A stretch of DNA of 64,000 bases from Oculina patagonica (lineage: Eukaryota). The translations under genes were made by a program, and so were the position numbers. This document shows, piece by piece, positions 62,559 through 64,000 of the stretch. Each line of letters opens with the position of its first letter. Positions within the stretch are counted from its first letter, which is position 1. A model generated the notes under the pieces. It made no database searches. It saw only the letters and a list, made by a program, of their open reading frames with translations, and was not told the origin of the DNA. The stretch is from the NCBI RefSeq assembly GCF_052425735.1, contig NC_135760.1, forward strand, positions 3,038,001 to 3,102,000. Direction: 5' to 3'.

Positions 62559-64000
62559 TTAAACGATGACGTATCGCTTAATGTCATCATGCAAGATACC
62601 TGATCTGTCCGGACGTGTCTTGCGCGCGATCGACCGATCAATAATTAACATAATTAACAATTATTCACCGAAGTGGAGGTAAATATCCACCACATTCACC
62701 GAAACTGAGGTGAATAATTGTTTTAGTATATACCACACAAGTTGAATAACTGGCGGACTAAAACATCACTTTCGGCAAACAAAGCGACGCGCGAAGGCAG
62801 TTTGTTTCTAATTAATTATTAATAATTATACTAATAATTGCTGAGTTGTATTAGATAAAGTAAACAGAAATTTCTACTTTCTTTTATCACATGCAAAGGG
62901 CTGGTGTAAATATTACAAGACTGTTTGACCTTTTTCTATCGCATATCGTATATCAGTTGTCACGCTCAAGATAACGCAACTTTTGTTAAGCTATCATTCC
63001 ACACAGCTCAGAAGTGGTCAGCTACTTTTATTTCCGTAAGTTGTTTGACAAATTTCCTGAAAATTATTAAGACCCCCTCGCTTCTGCATGCATTGTGTGC
63101 CATTCATTTATTTATAGTGTACTGAACAAAACTACGAGCATATTTCTGTACTGTAGTCTTCGGGTCAAAATTGGAAAATCCTTGGAAGACTTCGTTTCAA
63201 CTCCAAATTCTTCGGATCAAATTAAATTCGGTAATTTTCAGAAGTCTTCAAGTCAACTGCGGAAATCTTCGAAAGACTTCGGGTCAACTTTGAAAGACAT
63301 TGTGTCAACTTCGAAAGAAAAGTAATAAGTACTCCTAGGGAGTACAACTTGGGATTAATTCAGTAATTTTGTTGAGTGTACTATAAACATTGTAACAATT
63401 AGATTTTGAGTTCAATGCTCATTTAAATACTGAATATCGTCAGCAAAGATTCGCGAAAAATCAAGCATGCACTGCATGGGCCATCTTTGGATGAGTGACG
63501 TTAGCATCACTCAGAGAGCGACTATTGAAATACCTGTGATCTGATTGCCTCGGCCCCCTTGCCCCTCGCCTATTATCATCCAATAAAACGTCGAACTCGG
63601 AGTCATACTGTCAAACTGAGGGCCCCTGTGTAACCAATGCGGTTGCCTATTTGGCAGTAGTCTTCCACTACTTATGGCAATAAACCATGTTTTAACTCTA
63701 CTTGTTTTGTGATAATTGCCAGAGAGGTTTCTAATAAATTATAATTCCTACACTGTAAAACCTGATCACTGAAAGCATTCGGTGGCTCATTCAGTTGGGG
63801 GTTTGAATCAATGACCTCCGAGTTACATGTCTACAGCTTTACCATCTGAGCCATTTGAGCTTTCCCCCATCGTGTCTCTGTAGCTCAGATGGTGGAGCTG
63901 TGGACATGTTAATTTTTTCAGTGGTCGGGATTTACAGTGTACGTGGTACAATTATCATTTATTTGATTTGCCTGACGACGGTCCTTATGTACTATCTCAT

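Overview
Eukaryotic, intron-rich, repeat-rich DNA. The repeat families, opsin type and CAP/ShK genes point to an anthozoan cnidarian, probably a stony coral (inference). 1-17.8 kb holds a large DNA-transposon-like region. It carries a 4-exon minus-strand gene (~1028 aa) for a divergent RAG1/Transib-like DDE transposase. This protein appears to lack the core zinc ligands, ends in C2H2 and SAP domains, and faces a small convergent orphan gene (277-798). Its first intron contains an intact 8.25-kb Mutator-like element (8431-16683, 9-bp TSD, 9-exon ~1068-aa transposase whose start exon lies inside the TIR). Its third intron contains three tandem copies of a 180-nt exon-like unit. 21.1-27.3 kb encodes a 3-exon opsin with non-canonical G-protein motifs. 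29-62 kb holds three paralogous CAP(SCP)-ShK-EGF-mucin-ShK-chitin-binding genes: one complete, one lacking detectable 5' exons, and one lacking four internal exons and running off the window. Many MITEs, SINEs and LINE/Penelope/Crypton fragments are interspersed. All gene models were spliced by hand from splice signals and phase compatibility; no database search was run.
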